From assembly GCA_048939565.1 (NCBI GenBank), contig JBHLPJ010000001.1:1-32742 (forward strand): a stretch of 32,742 nucleotides of DNA, given 5' to 3'. A program made the position numbers and the translations under genes. This document shows positions 15,923 to 25,209 of the stretch, piece after piece. How positions within the stretch are numbered: the first letter of the stretch is position 1; each line of letters opens with the position of its first letter. The stretch comes from Promethearchaeota archaeon. GTDB taxonomy: Archaea > Asgardarchaeota > Odinarchaeia > Odinarchaeales > JBHLKK01. Below the pieces are notes generated by a model that worked only from the letters and a program-made list of their open reading frames with translations, was not told the origin of the DNA and did no database searches.

Positions 15923-16591
15923 CTAATGTCGTTTCTTGGTTGCGATCAATTTCTCTATTTCTGCCCAAACTTCTTCTTCGGGCATTCTGCTAAAGCCCGA
16001 TTTCGTAATTGTTACAACGTCAATCCCGTTTCCAGTGGCAACATCCCGTTCAACGGCAGAATGAACCGCACGAATAGCTAGGGGTATCGCATTCCTAATG
16101 GTTAGGTTACTATTAAATGAATCCTCCAAAACCCCATAGGCAACTGGTGAACCCGATCCTGTTGAGGCGAAACTATCTTCGATCACACTTCCAAAAAGAT
16201 CCAATATGAACAATCGAGGTCCTGTGTCATCCAGTCCACCAATAACGACTTGTAAAACATAGGGAAATAGCCTCGACTGGAAAAGGATATTTGCAAGCAG
16301 TCTAGCAGCAGCTCCAACACGAATAGGATTCTCCTTCTGAATTCTATATAGGCTGGCAGATGCTCGCAATATGTCCATTGCGGTCTGCGCATCAGCTACG
16401 GAACCCGCTATTGTTGCCCCTAGGTGTGTATCTACCTCAAATATTTTGTCTGCATGCTTGTGAGCCACAAGACGCCCGGCGACAGCTCTTCTGTCAGTAG
16501 CCAAGACTACACCATCCTTGCAGACAACACCAACCGTCGTTGTTCCAGTAAGGAGCCTTTGCATTTGCTCATTGGTATATGAGTGGTACAT
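15923..16591 (-). CDS. psmB: proteasome subunit beta
   Basis: 222-aa ORF with a propeptide followed by the catalytic TTTVGVVCKDGVVLATD. Confidence 0.93.
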   Translation of the reverse strand: MYHSYTNEQMQRLLTGTTTVGVVCKDGVVLATDRRAVAGRLVAHKHADKIFEVDTHLGATIAGSVADAQTAMDILRASASLYRIQKENPIRVGAAARLLANILFQSRLFPYVLQVVIGGLDDTGPRLFILDLFGSVIEDSFASTGSGSPVAYGVLEDSFNSNLTIRNAIPLAIRAVHSAVERDVATGNGIDVVTITKSGFSRMPEEEVWAEIEKLIATKKRH

Positions 16592-16784
16592 GGATTACGC
16601 CTCAGATAGGTTTAGTGAGACAAGTCTCTAAAAACTCGGAGCGCAAATATAAGATAGGCTTATAGTGTGTTTTTCTTACGTGTATTTAAAGATAACGTTC
16701 CACGATCTTCAATTTGTTAAAATAAATATATGAATCTATTTATAATATTGATTTATCCCTATTTTAACGCGTTGGGGTGAGAAG

Positions 16785-17846
16785 ATGTCATCATTGTCAA
16801 TACATAAAATGCAGCTTCCCAGAGAGATAACTATTGGAAGCAACACGCTAGCAATTGTAGGAGAAGTATGTTCGAGACTTGGCTATAGTGGAAATGCTTT
16901 GGTCATATCCGGTCCACATACAATGAAGATTGCAGGACAAGCTGTTGTCGATTCTCTATCGGGAGCAAGATTTGACGCTTCCACAATAGTCGTAGATAGT
17001 GCAACACTGGAAACGGTAACTACTGTTCGCAAAAAGATAAAATCGGTTCAACCTTCGATAGTTCTAGGGGCAGGAGGAGGCAGAGTCATTGATATTACGA
17101 AACTCTCCTCTACCAGTGAGAGATTGCCGTTCATAAGCATACCAACAACTGCCTCTCACGATGGAATAGCCTCACCTAGGGCTTCGATCAAAGGCGGGGA
17201 AAAACCGCATTCAATTAAAGCCGAGTCACCGATAGCGATTATTGCAGATACAGATATCATAGCTAAAGCGCCTTATCGTCTCCTAGCATCAGGGTGTGGT
17301 GATTTAATCGCAAATTCTACAGCTGTCAAGGATTGGGAGCTTTCCTACAAGCTAAGAAACGAATACTACGGAGAATATTCAGCTTCTCTCTCTCGAATGT
17401 GTGCAGAGCTTGTAATCCGTAATGCATCGTTAATCAAGCAAAAAGTAGATGAAAGCATAAGAATAGTTTTGGAGGGATTAATCTCTAGCGGTGTTGCCAT
17501 GGGAATTGCAGGTAGCAGTCGTCCTGCAAGCGGTTCAGAGCATATGTTTAGTCATAGCTTAGATCTGCTTGCGAAAAATCACGCAATGCATGGAGAGCAG
17601 TGTGGCGTAGGTACCATAATGATGATGCATCTTCATGGAGGGGATTGGCAGAAGATACGTGACGCATTAAAGGAAATTGGCTCCCCGACTACAGCAGAAG
17701 AACTAGGAGTAAGTTCAGAGAATATAATTGATGCCCTATGCAATTCGCATAAAATAAGACCAGAAAGATATACAATACTAGGTGTAAAAGGCCTAACGAG
17801 AGAGGCTGCCGAACGACTAGCAAGAATCACAGGAGTAATTAATTAG
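16785..17846 (+). CDS. egsA: sn-glycerol-1-phosphate dehydrogenase
   Basis: 353-aa ORF with an Fe-ADH/DHQS-like fold (GAGGGRVIDITK, PTTASHDGIASP, GSEHMFSH). Size and motifs fit archaeal G1PDH. Confidence 0.88.
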   Translation: MSSLSIHKMQLPREITIGSNTLAIVGEVCSRLGYSGNALVISGPHTMKIAGQAVVDSLSGARFDASTIVVDSATLETVTTVRKKIKSVQPSIVLGAGGGRVIDITKLSSTSERLPFISIPTTASHDGIASPRASIKGGEKPHSIKAESPIAIIADTDIIAKAPYRLLASGCGDLIANSTAVKDWELSYKLRNEYYGEYSASLSRMCAELVIRNASLIKQKVDESIRIVLEGLISSGVAMGIAGSSRPASGSEHMFSHSLDLLAKNHAMHGEQCGVGTIMMMHLHGGDWQKIRDALKEIGSPTTAEELGVSSENIIDALCNSHKIRPERYTILGVKGLTREAAERLARITGVIN

Positions 17847-18118
17847 CCGGACAGATGGGAGATTGCAAAATCACTCCGTAACAAAGATTACCTTTGCGGA
17901 ATCATTTTTGAGTTTCAAAGAAACTGAGAGGCAACGGCCCTTTAAGACCAATATCAACGGATATTCAAGCCGATAGGAAATCTTTAATGCAATTTCCTTC
18001 AGCCGCAAAAAGGATATTCTTTGGGATTGACACAGATTTTTGGATCTCAATCTCAACGAAGTTCGATTTGTATCATTTTTATTGATGGAAAGGGTAACTA
18101 ACATAGGAGATGTGTAGA

Positions 18119-18574
18119 ATGCCAATTGCAGCAATTGGAGAGAAACAAGCGAAAGTGGGCACGGAGTTCATGTTTGACGACTCGTTTGAAGACTGTAAGA
18201 GTTGTAATCTGCGTCAAATATGTACAGGCAATCTCGAACCAGGGCGTATCTACAAAATTGTTAGAGTAAAGAAAAAGAAACATCCTTGTAGTCTTTATGA
18301 AGGGGGCATCGTTGTGGTAGAAGTTGAGGAAGCAAAGATCAAGGCCATAATTGACGCTAAGACGGCCTTTGAAGGCGCCACCATAACATTAAGACTGTCG
18401 GGGTGTAACCAAGTCTCCTGCAAATATCATACAGAATGCATTCCAAATGGACTTTTCGATAATGATAGAATCAAAATCACCAAGGTATACAAGAAGAGAA
18501 TTGATTGCCTCCAGGATCGACGTCTGAAATTAGTTCAACTCGAGAGATCCTCTTTTCTAAAGGCTTCTACGTAA
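18119..18574 (+). CDS. UPF0179 family protein
   Basis: IGEKQAKVGTEFMF...CKSCNLRQICTGNLEPGRIYKIVRV...HPCSLYEGGIVVVEV matches the archaeal UPF0179 pattern. I prefer the second ATG at 18119, which is 10 nt after GGAG. The ORF-track start is 18110. Confidence 0.8.
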   Translation: MPIAAIGEKQAKVGTEFMFDDSFEDCKSCNLRQICTGNLEPGRIYKIVRVKKKKHPCSLYEGGIVVVEVEEAKIKAIIDAKTAFEGATITLRLSGCNQVSCKYHTECIPNGLFDNDRIKITKVYKKRIDCLQDRRLKLVQLERSSFLKAST

Positions 18575-19257
18575 GCTATGGTTTCTATAGTAGTCAAGAA
18601 TTTTTCAATGTCCTTTGCGATTCCCCTCTTGACAAACTGTATTCCCTCAAGGAACATGGCGTCCTTTGGAACATCTATGGTTACCTTTTTGCCCTTTACA
18701 CTAACTTTGAAGTCTTCTATTGGAACATCGCTTATTCTACGCTCTATTAGAGCCTTTATTTTATCTATTGCTGTTGAAAGTCTCTTTTGAACAGTGATCT
18801 CATAAACCAAGGTTTTTCCGGCCAGTGGAGGGTTAAAATCGACTCGAACCCTACCCCCACCAGCGTTAACTACTGTACCCATACGCGCACCTATCTGAAC
18901 GCGCATACCAGGGTGCGGCTTAACACTTTGTCGTCTAAATTCTCTGATTGAAAGGACCTTGATAGCACTTGGGTCTCTTTCTCCAAATCCTTTTTCGGGA
19001 TTGACTTCAATTTTTTTCATTTCACCAATTGTTAACCCCTCTAGGGCTTCATCCAATCCCCTGACAACCCAACCTTCCCCGATTATGATCAATCGAGGTT
19101 TGTATATTGCTTCTTCGGAAAACAGATTTTCTTTCTTAGCCACATCTTCTAAAGTTACATCAAACATGTTATTGGTTTCCTTTACCCGTCCAATCAAATC
19201 CGCGAGTATGAAATCCCCTTTCTTTAAGGGCTGCACAACGCTTTTAGAGTCTGCCAA
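18535..19257 (-). CDS. FKBP-type peptidyl-prolyl cis-trans isomerase (long archaeal type)
   Basis: 240-aa ORF with an FKBP core containing an IF insert (GDFILADLIGR..., VDFNPPLAGKTLVYEITV) plus a C-terminal domain. Confidence 0.88.
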   Translation of the reverse strand: MADSKSVVQPLKKGDFILADLIGRVKETNNMFDVTLEDVAKKENLFSEEAIYKPRLIIIGEGWVVRGLDEALEGLTIGEMKKIEVNPEKGFGERDPSAIKVLSIREFRRQSVKPHPGMRVQIGARMGTVVNAGGGRVRVDFNPPLAGKTLVYEITVQKRLSTAIDKIKALIERRISDVPIEDFKVSVKGKKVTIDVPKDAMFLEGIQFVKRGIAKDIEKFLTTIETIAYVEAFRKEDLSS

Positions 19258-19322
19258 TTACGATCACCTATAAGAGATCATTTGCTGAAATTCACTAGGA
19301 GAATCTGATATAGAATTTAAGT

Positions 19323-19335
19323 TTTAACTTTATCG
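19323..19335 (-). promoter_or_regulatory. candidate BRE/TATA element CGATAAAGTTAAA (copy 2 of 4), upstream of the FKBP gene
   Basis: Exact 13-mer on the minus strand, 66 nt upstream of the FKBP ATG at 19257. Confidence 0.55.
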
Positions 19336-19432
19336 GCGGGAAATTCCTTTGCAGAAGCCAAGGGATAACAGCTAAGAGGGCGGTAAGGTGATGGTCAGAT
19401 GACCAGAGCTAGGAAGGCAAGCCAATAGAAGG

Positions 19433-19927
19433 CTAAAGCTCAACTATTTCGGAAATTAATTCTTTGGTATCAATAGTTGCCAACGTTCTTTTGCCATGCA
19501 GATAACCACACGCCTCTCCGGGATTAACAACAAGCACATTATTAACTTTTTTTACTAATGTTCTGTGAGAATGTCCAAAAAGAACAATATCATACATTTC
19601 TGATTTGACCAGTGCCTCAACTACCTCAGAAGTAGTGCCATGGATTAACGCAATCTTTCGGCCACCAATGTCCTTCTCTGCAAATATCCCTCGAATTTCT
19701 AAACCAGCACTTTCGTACTTGTTTTTCAAGGTAACCTTATCTCCGTCATTGTTTCCATAGACCGCAACAAACTTATCTTTCAGTGGACCAAAATACTTAG
19801 CCGTGAAGGGACTTACCAAGTCTCCTGCATGAAAGACAAATTGAACCTCTCGTTCAATTAGAATTTCCACTCCTGCTTTTATTGCATCCAAATTGTCGTG
19901 GGTATCCGATATTACGCCTATTCTCAA
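19433..19927 (-). CDS. metallophosphoesterase, YfcE/MJ0936 family
   Basis: 164-aa ORF with the motifs ISDTHDN, HAGD, GNND and GHSH. Confidence 0.88.
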   Translation of the reverse strand: MRIGVISDTHDNLDAIKAGVEILIEREVQFVFHAGDLVSPFTAKYFGPLKDKFVAVYGNNDGDKVTLKNKYESAGLEIRGIFAEKDIGGRKIALIHGTTSEVVEALVKSEMYDIVLFGHSHRTLVKKVNNVLVVNPGEACGYLHGKRTLATIDTKELISEIVEL

Positions 19928-20046
19928 AATATCACATCCTGAAGTCTATTAAGAAGACAAGGAGTGTTTTATATCTTAGTACGACCGAAAACAAAATAAA
20001 TAGCATTGCTGAAAGAATCTCAAGAATTACCAATGGAGGAAATATT

Positions 20047-20493
20047 TTGTCGATTTCTGTCAGATGGAAAAGAACACCGTCCATCGGTGTTGCAGTTTTT
20101 CTCATAGGTCTGGCCGGTATTGCTCAAATCCCTATAATACTGTTCGCGCAAATCTTTCTTGTAGTAAGTAGCGAGTATCTGTTGATATTAGTACCATTGG
20201 GGGCAACTTTGGTTCTGGCAGCAGCTGAAATACTTTTAACGGAGGCGCTGGTCAGAAGGAAAAAGGGGAGAAGAAAACAACTATTTGGTTTTGCATTAAG
20301 AGCATCATTGGTCGTTCTAGGGATTTTTTTTGCCATATACTTTCTCCCATTTGTGGCAAGCTATGTTCTAATCCCCCCAGAACCAATAAGAACTCTTTCC
20401 AGGGCTGCTAAATTTGTAATCATGATAAACTCAGCAGCCATAGCTACAGTAATTATAGCCTCAATTCCGGAGCTGACCCGTAAAACAAGGTGA
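20047..20493 (+). CDS. hypothetical membrane protein (about 4 TM segments)
   Basis: The hydrophobic ORF lies upstream of the ABC genes. I prefer the in-frame TTG at 20047, preceded by GGAGGA. The ORF-track start at 19882 would overlap the divergent neighbour. Confidence 0.5.
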   Translation: MSISVRWKRTPSIGVAVFLIGLAGIAQIPIILFAQIFLVVSSEYLLILVPLGATLVLAAAEILLTEALVRRKKGRRKQLFGFALRASLVVLGIFFAIYFLPFVASYVLIPPEPIRTLSRAAKFVIMINSAAIATVIIASIPELTRKTR

Positions 20494-20575
20494 ATTTCAG
20501 TCATATATTATTCTGACTTCCGCCAAGACATATATGGTCTTATATCTACTTAATTATGAGGGGGGGTTTGGGTTT

Positions 20576-21268
20576 TTGAAAATTGTCAATGCTGTTGAGC
20601 TAACGGCAATCTCCAAAGTGTACAGATTGGGAGAAGTGGATGTCAATGCTTTACAAAACATAAACTTGAGAATAAAGGAGCAGAGTTTTACTGCCGTTGA
20701 TGGGGTATCAGGATCGGGAAAAACAACGCTTCTGAATATTATTGGGGGGTTAGATAGGCCAACGCATGGAAACACAATTGTTTTCGGGACAGACACCGGA
20801 ATTCTTGATGAGGAAGAGTTGGCGACCTTCAGGTGCATAAACGTCGGTTTCGTTTTTCAAGAGTACAATCTGGTATCTGTCTTGACAGTCTCAGAAAACA
20901 TAGTATATCCCCTAGAGTTGGCAAGCTTCGAAGAAGGATACTGCCGGGAAAGAGCATTAGAATTGCTAGAAATGGTTGATTTGTCCCATAGAAAAAATCA
21001 CCTGCCAAGCCAGCTCAGCGGGGGAGAAAGACAAAGAGCCGCTTTTGCCAGAGCCTTTGCAAATAACCCTTCGTTGTTGATCGCAGATGAACCTACAGCT
21101 AACCTAGACAAGGTCAACAGCCTTAAAATCACAAATCTTCTTAAAAAATACCATAAGGAAGGAAACACCGTTATTGTAGTAACCCATGACAAAAGAATCC
21201 TAAATCAGGCAACAAGGAAGATCATTTTGGCAGAAGGAAGGATTGTGTCGGACGATGGGTGCGACTAG
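20576..21268 (+). CDS. ABC transporter ATP-binding protein (MacB/LolD-like)
   Basis: Walker A is GVSGSGKTT, the signature is LSGGERQR, Walker B is LLIADEPT and the H-loop is VVTHD. I prefer the TTG at 20576 after the G-rich SD (GAGGGGGGG). The ORF-track start is 20534. Confidence 0.9.
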   Translation: MKIVNAVELTAISKVYRLGEVDVNALQNINLRIKEQSFTAVDGVSGSGKTTLLNIIGGLDRPTHGNTIVFGTDTGILDEEELATFRCINVGFVFQEYNLVSVLTVSENIVYPLELASFEEGYCRERALELLEMVDLSHRKNHLPSQLSGGERQRAAFARAFANNPSLLIADEPTANLDKVNSLKITNLLKKYHKEGNTVIVVTHDKRILNQATRKIILAEGRIVSDDGCD

Positions 21269-23120
21269 TTTTGCGCTTAGAGATATAAAAGAAAGAATGG
21301 GAGAGGTGTTCACTGGGATTCTTTCTCTAAATATGGCAATATCCATAAACACACTTGTACTTCATTTAGGAGGAAGTCTTGGGATCAGCATTTCGGGTGG
21401 TTTGAGAGCGCTTACAACAGCTGGCTTTCGTAACCTTTTTTTCCATTTTGTGATATTCTCGTCTATACTTTGTTTCATTTTAACGTCAACCGTAATAGCA
21501 TTCATAATATCCTCAATGATGGAAAGGCACACCCGCAATATTGGAATAATGAAGGCCATTGGTAGTTTGAGCGAAAACATACACCATTATTTTATGGTTG
21601 AAACATTAGTTATCGGACTGGTCGGAATTCTCTCTGGAATTGCCTTGGGTTTGACGCTATATTTTATGATGGGACAGATATTTCTGCTTTCAGGCTTTGG
21701 ATTCCCTATCGGATTTCGTCCTCTGGAGACTGCTCTTGTAGCCGTCGTTTCATTCACGCTGATCTATGTCTTTGGGAGTTTGGAGATCACTCGTGGATTA
21801 AAGCTGAAAGTTGTTGATGCTCTATACCCTGAGGAAAGCGAGGAACAGCTGAAAGTCAAAAAACCATCTTCCTTTTCCAAATTCCTTTTTAGGATGGGAC
21901 AATCTTTCAGAGTTGCAATAAGAAGTATCAAATCGATTCCGCGACGAAGTCGTAGGACTTTCGCCACTGTCACAGTTGGTACGTCTCTGATTGTGATTCT
22001 ACTCTTCGGTACCACCCTTGCCAGCAGTACAACAGCAAGCTACGTTTCTAAAGGCTCGGGACAAAATATAATCGCGATCGGTAACCCTAGTGTTTTAGAA
22101 CAATACACTAACATGATGAAGTCATTCTCTTCATCTGAAATGAGCCACATAGAGGATTCTGATTTTCTAAATGGAAGTTATTTATTCAATATGACTTTGC
22201 TACAAGAATTAGAAGAAATTGACGGGATTCAAGTTGTCAGCGGTCAGCTGCTGGCTTTTTCAATCATTGATGAAATCTATCACATTGTAATAGATCCGAA
22301 CGATCCGAATAATTATAGAAAAATCGGAGATTCTAGACGTGCTGAAACACTGGTTGTGGGATTGGATCCCACCAGTCTTGTTACGGAATGGTTTATGGAA
22401 GGCAGATTTATCACTGGTTCAGATAATCAGATTGTAGCCATCGGAGACTCCCTGGCATTTGATACTTTTGAGGATCCTCTTCAGCAATCATTGATTCTCT
22501 TGGAAGAGAATTTTGGGATTTGCGGAATCATCCTAGACCCGTTAAATAATGGAAATACACTCTATATTAACATAGACGAGCTTCAGGAGCTTGTTGGACT
22601 GGAAAGTCTGAATCTAGTTTTAGTAGAGGGAAACGACAGTCCTGGTCTCATCTCAGAAATCGCAACAACTGTCGAGGAAAATGGTCTATCGTATGTTAGT
22701 CTGCAGCCATTGGTTAACTTGAACACCCAATTTATGGGGAATCTCTGGAGCCTCATATCCATACTCTCTGTCCTGCCTTTGCTTACGTTATTCTTTACGA
22801 TCGTAAATACCTTAACCATATTGACCTCAAATAGGAAAAAGGACTTGGCCATAATGAGAGCCCTGGGTGCAAAGCGTATGAGCCTTCTTAAGACCCTCAT
22901 CGCGGAGAGTACCATGCTCACAACAGGAGGAGGAATATTAGGCATAGTTGTTGGTCTACTCTTCACAGCATTATTTCTGATTCCAATGCCAGTTTGGCCC
23001 TCAATCTTTACTTCTTTGGTCGTTTTGACGAGCATAATAATCTCTCTCGTTGCTACTTGCCTTATTTCAACATACCCGGCATATCAAATGATCAAGAAAC
23101 CACCAACAGAAACCCTGTAG
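21255..23120 (+). CDS. ABC transporter permease with two FtsX-type domains and a large central extracytoplasmic region
   Basis: Two FtsX-like segments are present (NIGIMKAIGSL... and DLAIMRALGAKR...). The ATG at 21255 overlaps the ATPase gene by 14 nt. Confidence 0.85.
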   Translation: MGATSFALRDIKERMGEVFTGILSLNMAISINTLVLHLGGSLGISISGGLRALTTAGFRNLFFHFVIFSSILCFILTSTVIAFIISSMMERHTRNIGIMKAIGSLSENIHHYFMVETLVIGLVGILSGIALGLTLYFMMGQIFLLSGFGFPIGFRPLETALVAVVSFTLIYVFGSLEITRGLKLKVVDALYPEESEEQLKVKKPSSFSKFLFRMGQSFRVAIRSIKSIPRRSRRTFATVTVGTSLIVILLFGTTLASSTTASYVSKGSGQNIIAIGNPSVLEQYTNMMKSFSSSEMSHIEDSDFLNGSYLFNMTLLQELEEIDGIQVVSGQLLAFSIIDEIYHIVIDPNDPNNYRKIGDSRRAETLVVGLDPTSLVTEWFMEGRFITGSDNQIVAIGDSLAFDTFEDPLQQSLILLEENFGICGIILDPLNNGNTLYINIDELQELVGLESLNLVLVEGNDSPGLISEIATTVEENGLSYVSLQPLVNLNTQFMGNLWSLISILSVLPLLTLFFTIVNTLTILTSNRKKDLAIMRALGAKRMSLLKTLIAESTMLTTGGGILGIVVGLLFTALFLIPMPVWPSIFTSLVVLTSIIISLVATCLISTYPAYQMIKKPPTETL

Positions 23121-23221
23121 AAGCCACTTCTTGTTCTAAAGAGTTGAATCGTGGAATCTCCGTAACAAATATAACGGAGTTTGATAGAACAAGACCTTCA
23201 TAAGAAGTTTTTTAGGAGAGA

Positions 23222-23563
23222 GTGTCATTGCCCAAGAAGTCTTCAAAGAAACATGACAATAATATACGAGCATTGACAGTAATCGGAGCAATACTATCTA
23301 TTATCTTCGCAGTCTTAATGATATTCGGATACGGATTTATCAGCATACATTTCCCCCTCGGACTTGAAAGAATTATCTCAGCAGCAATTGTGATAATCAT
23401 TGCACTTATATTATTGGCCAGCTATGGTGTGATCAATATCTCTCTTAAGGTAGATATCCACTGGATAACGCTTCTCATTCTCGGAGCGATTTCGATTATC
23501 TTCGGAGGCGACGTCGGAGCACTTCTAGTCATAATAGCAGGAATATACGCCGCAGTAGTATGA
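23222..23563 (+). CDS. small hypothetical membrane protein (3-4 TM segments)
   Basis: 113-aa hydrophobic ORF with a GTG start and a basic N-terminus (KKSSKKHDNN). No family is recognised. Confidence 0.5.
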   Translation: MSLPKKSSKKHDNNIRALTVIGAILSIIFAVLMIFGYGFISIHFPLGLERIISAAIVIIIALILLASYGVINISLKVDIHWITLLILGAISIIFGGDVGALLVIIAGIYAAVV

Positions 23564-23573
23564 TAAGACTCCC

Positions 23574-23586
23574 TTCTTTTTTTATT
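23574..23586 (+). terminator. oligo-T tract (T7) after the small membrane protein gene
   Basis: CTTCTTTTTTTAT begins 11 nt after the stop codon. Confidence 0.4.
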
Positions 23587-23680
23587 GTCTAAGGTATCAA
23601 CGGAGAAATCGACAAGAAATAGGTCAAGTTTTTTTACCATCAATGAATAAACATCTCTCTATGAATAATACTAACTGAGT

Positions 23681-24256
23681 GTGAGGATTCTTTTGACAGA
23701 AGACGAGATAAAACCAAAATTTAAGATCTGGTTGGAGTTTGAAAAAAAGCCTATTTTGGGCGCGGGCGGGGCCATGCTATTGCAGCTCGTCAAGGATAGG
23801 GGCTCCCTGGTAGCTGCTGCCAAAGCACTTTCTATATCCTATAGGCATGCTTGGAATCAACTAAAAAAAATCGAAGAGAGACTGGGAAGACCGGTAGTCG
23901 AGAGATTTAAGGGTGGATTTAGAGGGGGAGGAGGAATGCGGCTTACAGACTCAGGCAAACGTATCCTGAAAAAATTTCAAAGATTTAATGTATATATGAA
24001 ATATGCCCTCCAAAATCCTGAGTTATGGGAGGCATATGGCCTGAGGGCTAAGGAAAGAAACAGAATAAAAGGTAAGATTGTTGAGGTTAAGAAAGATGCT
24101 CAAACAGCATCAATAAAGATTAAAGTAGAAAGTCCTGTATTAATTACTTCTATAATTACCGAAGAGGCTGTTGAAAATCTTGATCTAAAGGCAGGAGTTA
24201 GTGCCAGAGTGATTATAAAAGCAACAGAGATTATGGTAGACAAGAGGGGTTTGTGA
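23681..24256 (+). CDS. ModE-like transcriptional regulator (N-terminal wHTH plus one Mop/TOBE domain)
   Basis: 191-aa ORF with a GTG start. The ModE N-domain pattern is GAGGAMLLQLVKDRGSLVAAAKALSISYRHAWNQLKKIE. The C-terminal Mop reads NRIKGKIVEV...ARVIIKATEIMV. Confidence 0.8.
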   Translation: MRILLTEDEIKPKFKIWLEFEKKPILGAGGAMLLQLVKDRGSLVAAAKALSISYRHAWNQLKKIEERLGRPVVERFKGGFRGGGGMRLTDSGKRILKKFQRFNVYMKYALQNPELWEAYGLRAKERNRIKGKIVEVKKDAQTASIKIKVESPVLITSIITEEAVENLDLKAGVSARVIIKATEIMVDKRGL

Positions 24257-24462
24257 TGGAACTTAGTGCTAGGAATAAGTTGGAGGGTGAAATTCTGGAA
24301 GTTGACAAAAAAGGAGTCATTTCAAAGGTCGAAATAAAAGTAAATGCACCATTCATGATTACAGCAGTGATAACAAGAGAGGCTGCCGAAGAGTTAAAAC
24401 TCAAGAAAGGCGATGCAGTTGACGCCATTATCAAAGCAACCGAAGTTATGCTATCAAAATGA
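24253..24462 (+). CDS. molybdopterin/molybdate-binding Mop (TOBE) protein
   Basis: 69-aa ORF: SARNKLEGEILEV...ITAVITREAAEELKLKKGDAVDAIIKATEVML. It overlaps the ModE-like stop by 4 nt. Confidence 0.85.
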   Translation: MMELSARNKLEGEILEVDKKGVISKVEIKVNAPFMITAVITREAAEELKLKKGDAVDAIIKATEVMLSK

Positions 24463-24482
24463 GTGTTGGGAGGGGCATTGAT

Positions 24483-25190
24483 ATGATTAAATTGATTATC
24501 TTTGATGTGGACGGTGTTTTGCTGGAAGTAAGGAGTTTTTGGACCTTTTTGCACGAAAAACTTGACACATACGACGAAACAGAATCCAACCGGAATATGC
24601 AAATGTTTTTCCAAGGAGAACTATCTTATCAAGAATGGGCAGATTTAGAGGCTAGCGCGTGGAAGGATATTTCATATGAGAAAGTGAGAGAGCTGTTATT
24701 GGATATTCCTCTAACAAAGGGAACTGAAGAAACCTTAACCAAACTGAATGAAATGGAATATCTCGTTATCGCAATCTCTAGTGGTGGATTGTTAAGTGTT
24801 CTTAAAGAGAGATTTGGCAACCTAAGCCTAAAGTACATTTACGCAAATGATTTGGAACAAAAGGATGGTGTGCTGACGGGTAAAACAGTAATCAATGTGC
24901 CTTTCGACAAGAAGCGGCAGGTTGTTGAGGAGAATGTTCTCAACACCGAGGGGATAGAATGGGAAGAATGCGCAGTAATTGGTGATTCTATAAACGATCT
25001 TGAAATGTTTAGAGTTGCAAAACTAAGAATAGCATTTTGCCCTTCTGATGCTATGCTAGTCCCAATAGCAGACCATGTGATACGAGAGAGAGACCTTACA
25101 CAAATCATCCCCTATTTTGAGCTACCAAAATCTCCACAAAACCGGGGATTTCAAATATATTCCAATGAGATTGGAAATAAAGATATATGA
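24483..25190 (+). CDS. HAD-IB hydrolase (phosphoserine phosphatase-like)
   Basis: Motif I is IIFDVDGVL and motif IV is IGDSINDLEMF. I prefer the ATG at 24483 after GGGAGGGG. The ORF-track start is 24459. Confidence 0.8.
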   Translation: MIKLIIFDVDGVLLEVRSFWTFLHEKLDTYDETESNRNMQMFFQGELSYQEWADLEASAWKDISYEKVRELLLDIPLTKGTEETLTKLNEMEYLVIAISSGGLLSVLKERFGNLSLKYIYANDLEQKDGVLTGKTVINVPFDKKRQVVEENVLNTEGIEWEECAVIGDSINDLEMFRVAKLRIAFCPSDAMLVPIADHVIRERDLTQIIPYFELPKSPQNRGFQIYSNEIGNKDI

Positions 25191-25209
25191 ACTCACGAGT
25201 TGAGGAGGA

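Noticed and set aside
17871-18283. Minus-strand ORFs of 87 and 61 aa in and around the 17847-18109 spacer
   Set aside because: No family resemblance was seen and the composition is poor. They overlap the UPF0179 start region. The spacer contains only short hairpins (AGTTTC/GAAACT, GGAAAT/ATTTCC), and I found no C/D-box or H/ACA pattern.
22583-23035. 150-aa minus-strand ORF
   Set aside because: It is antisense to the second FtsX domain of the permease, which has a clear family signature.
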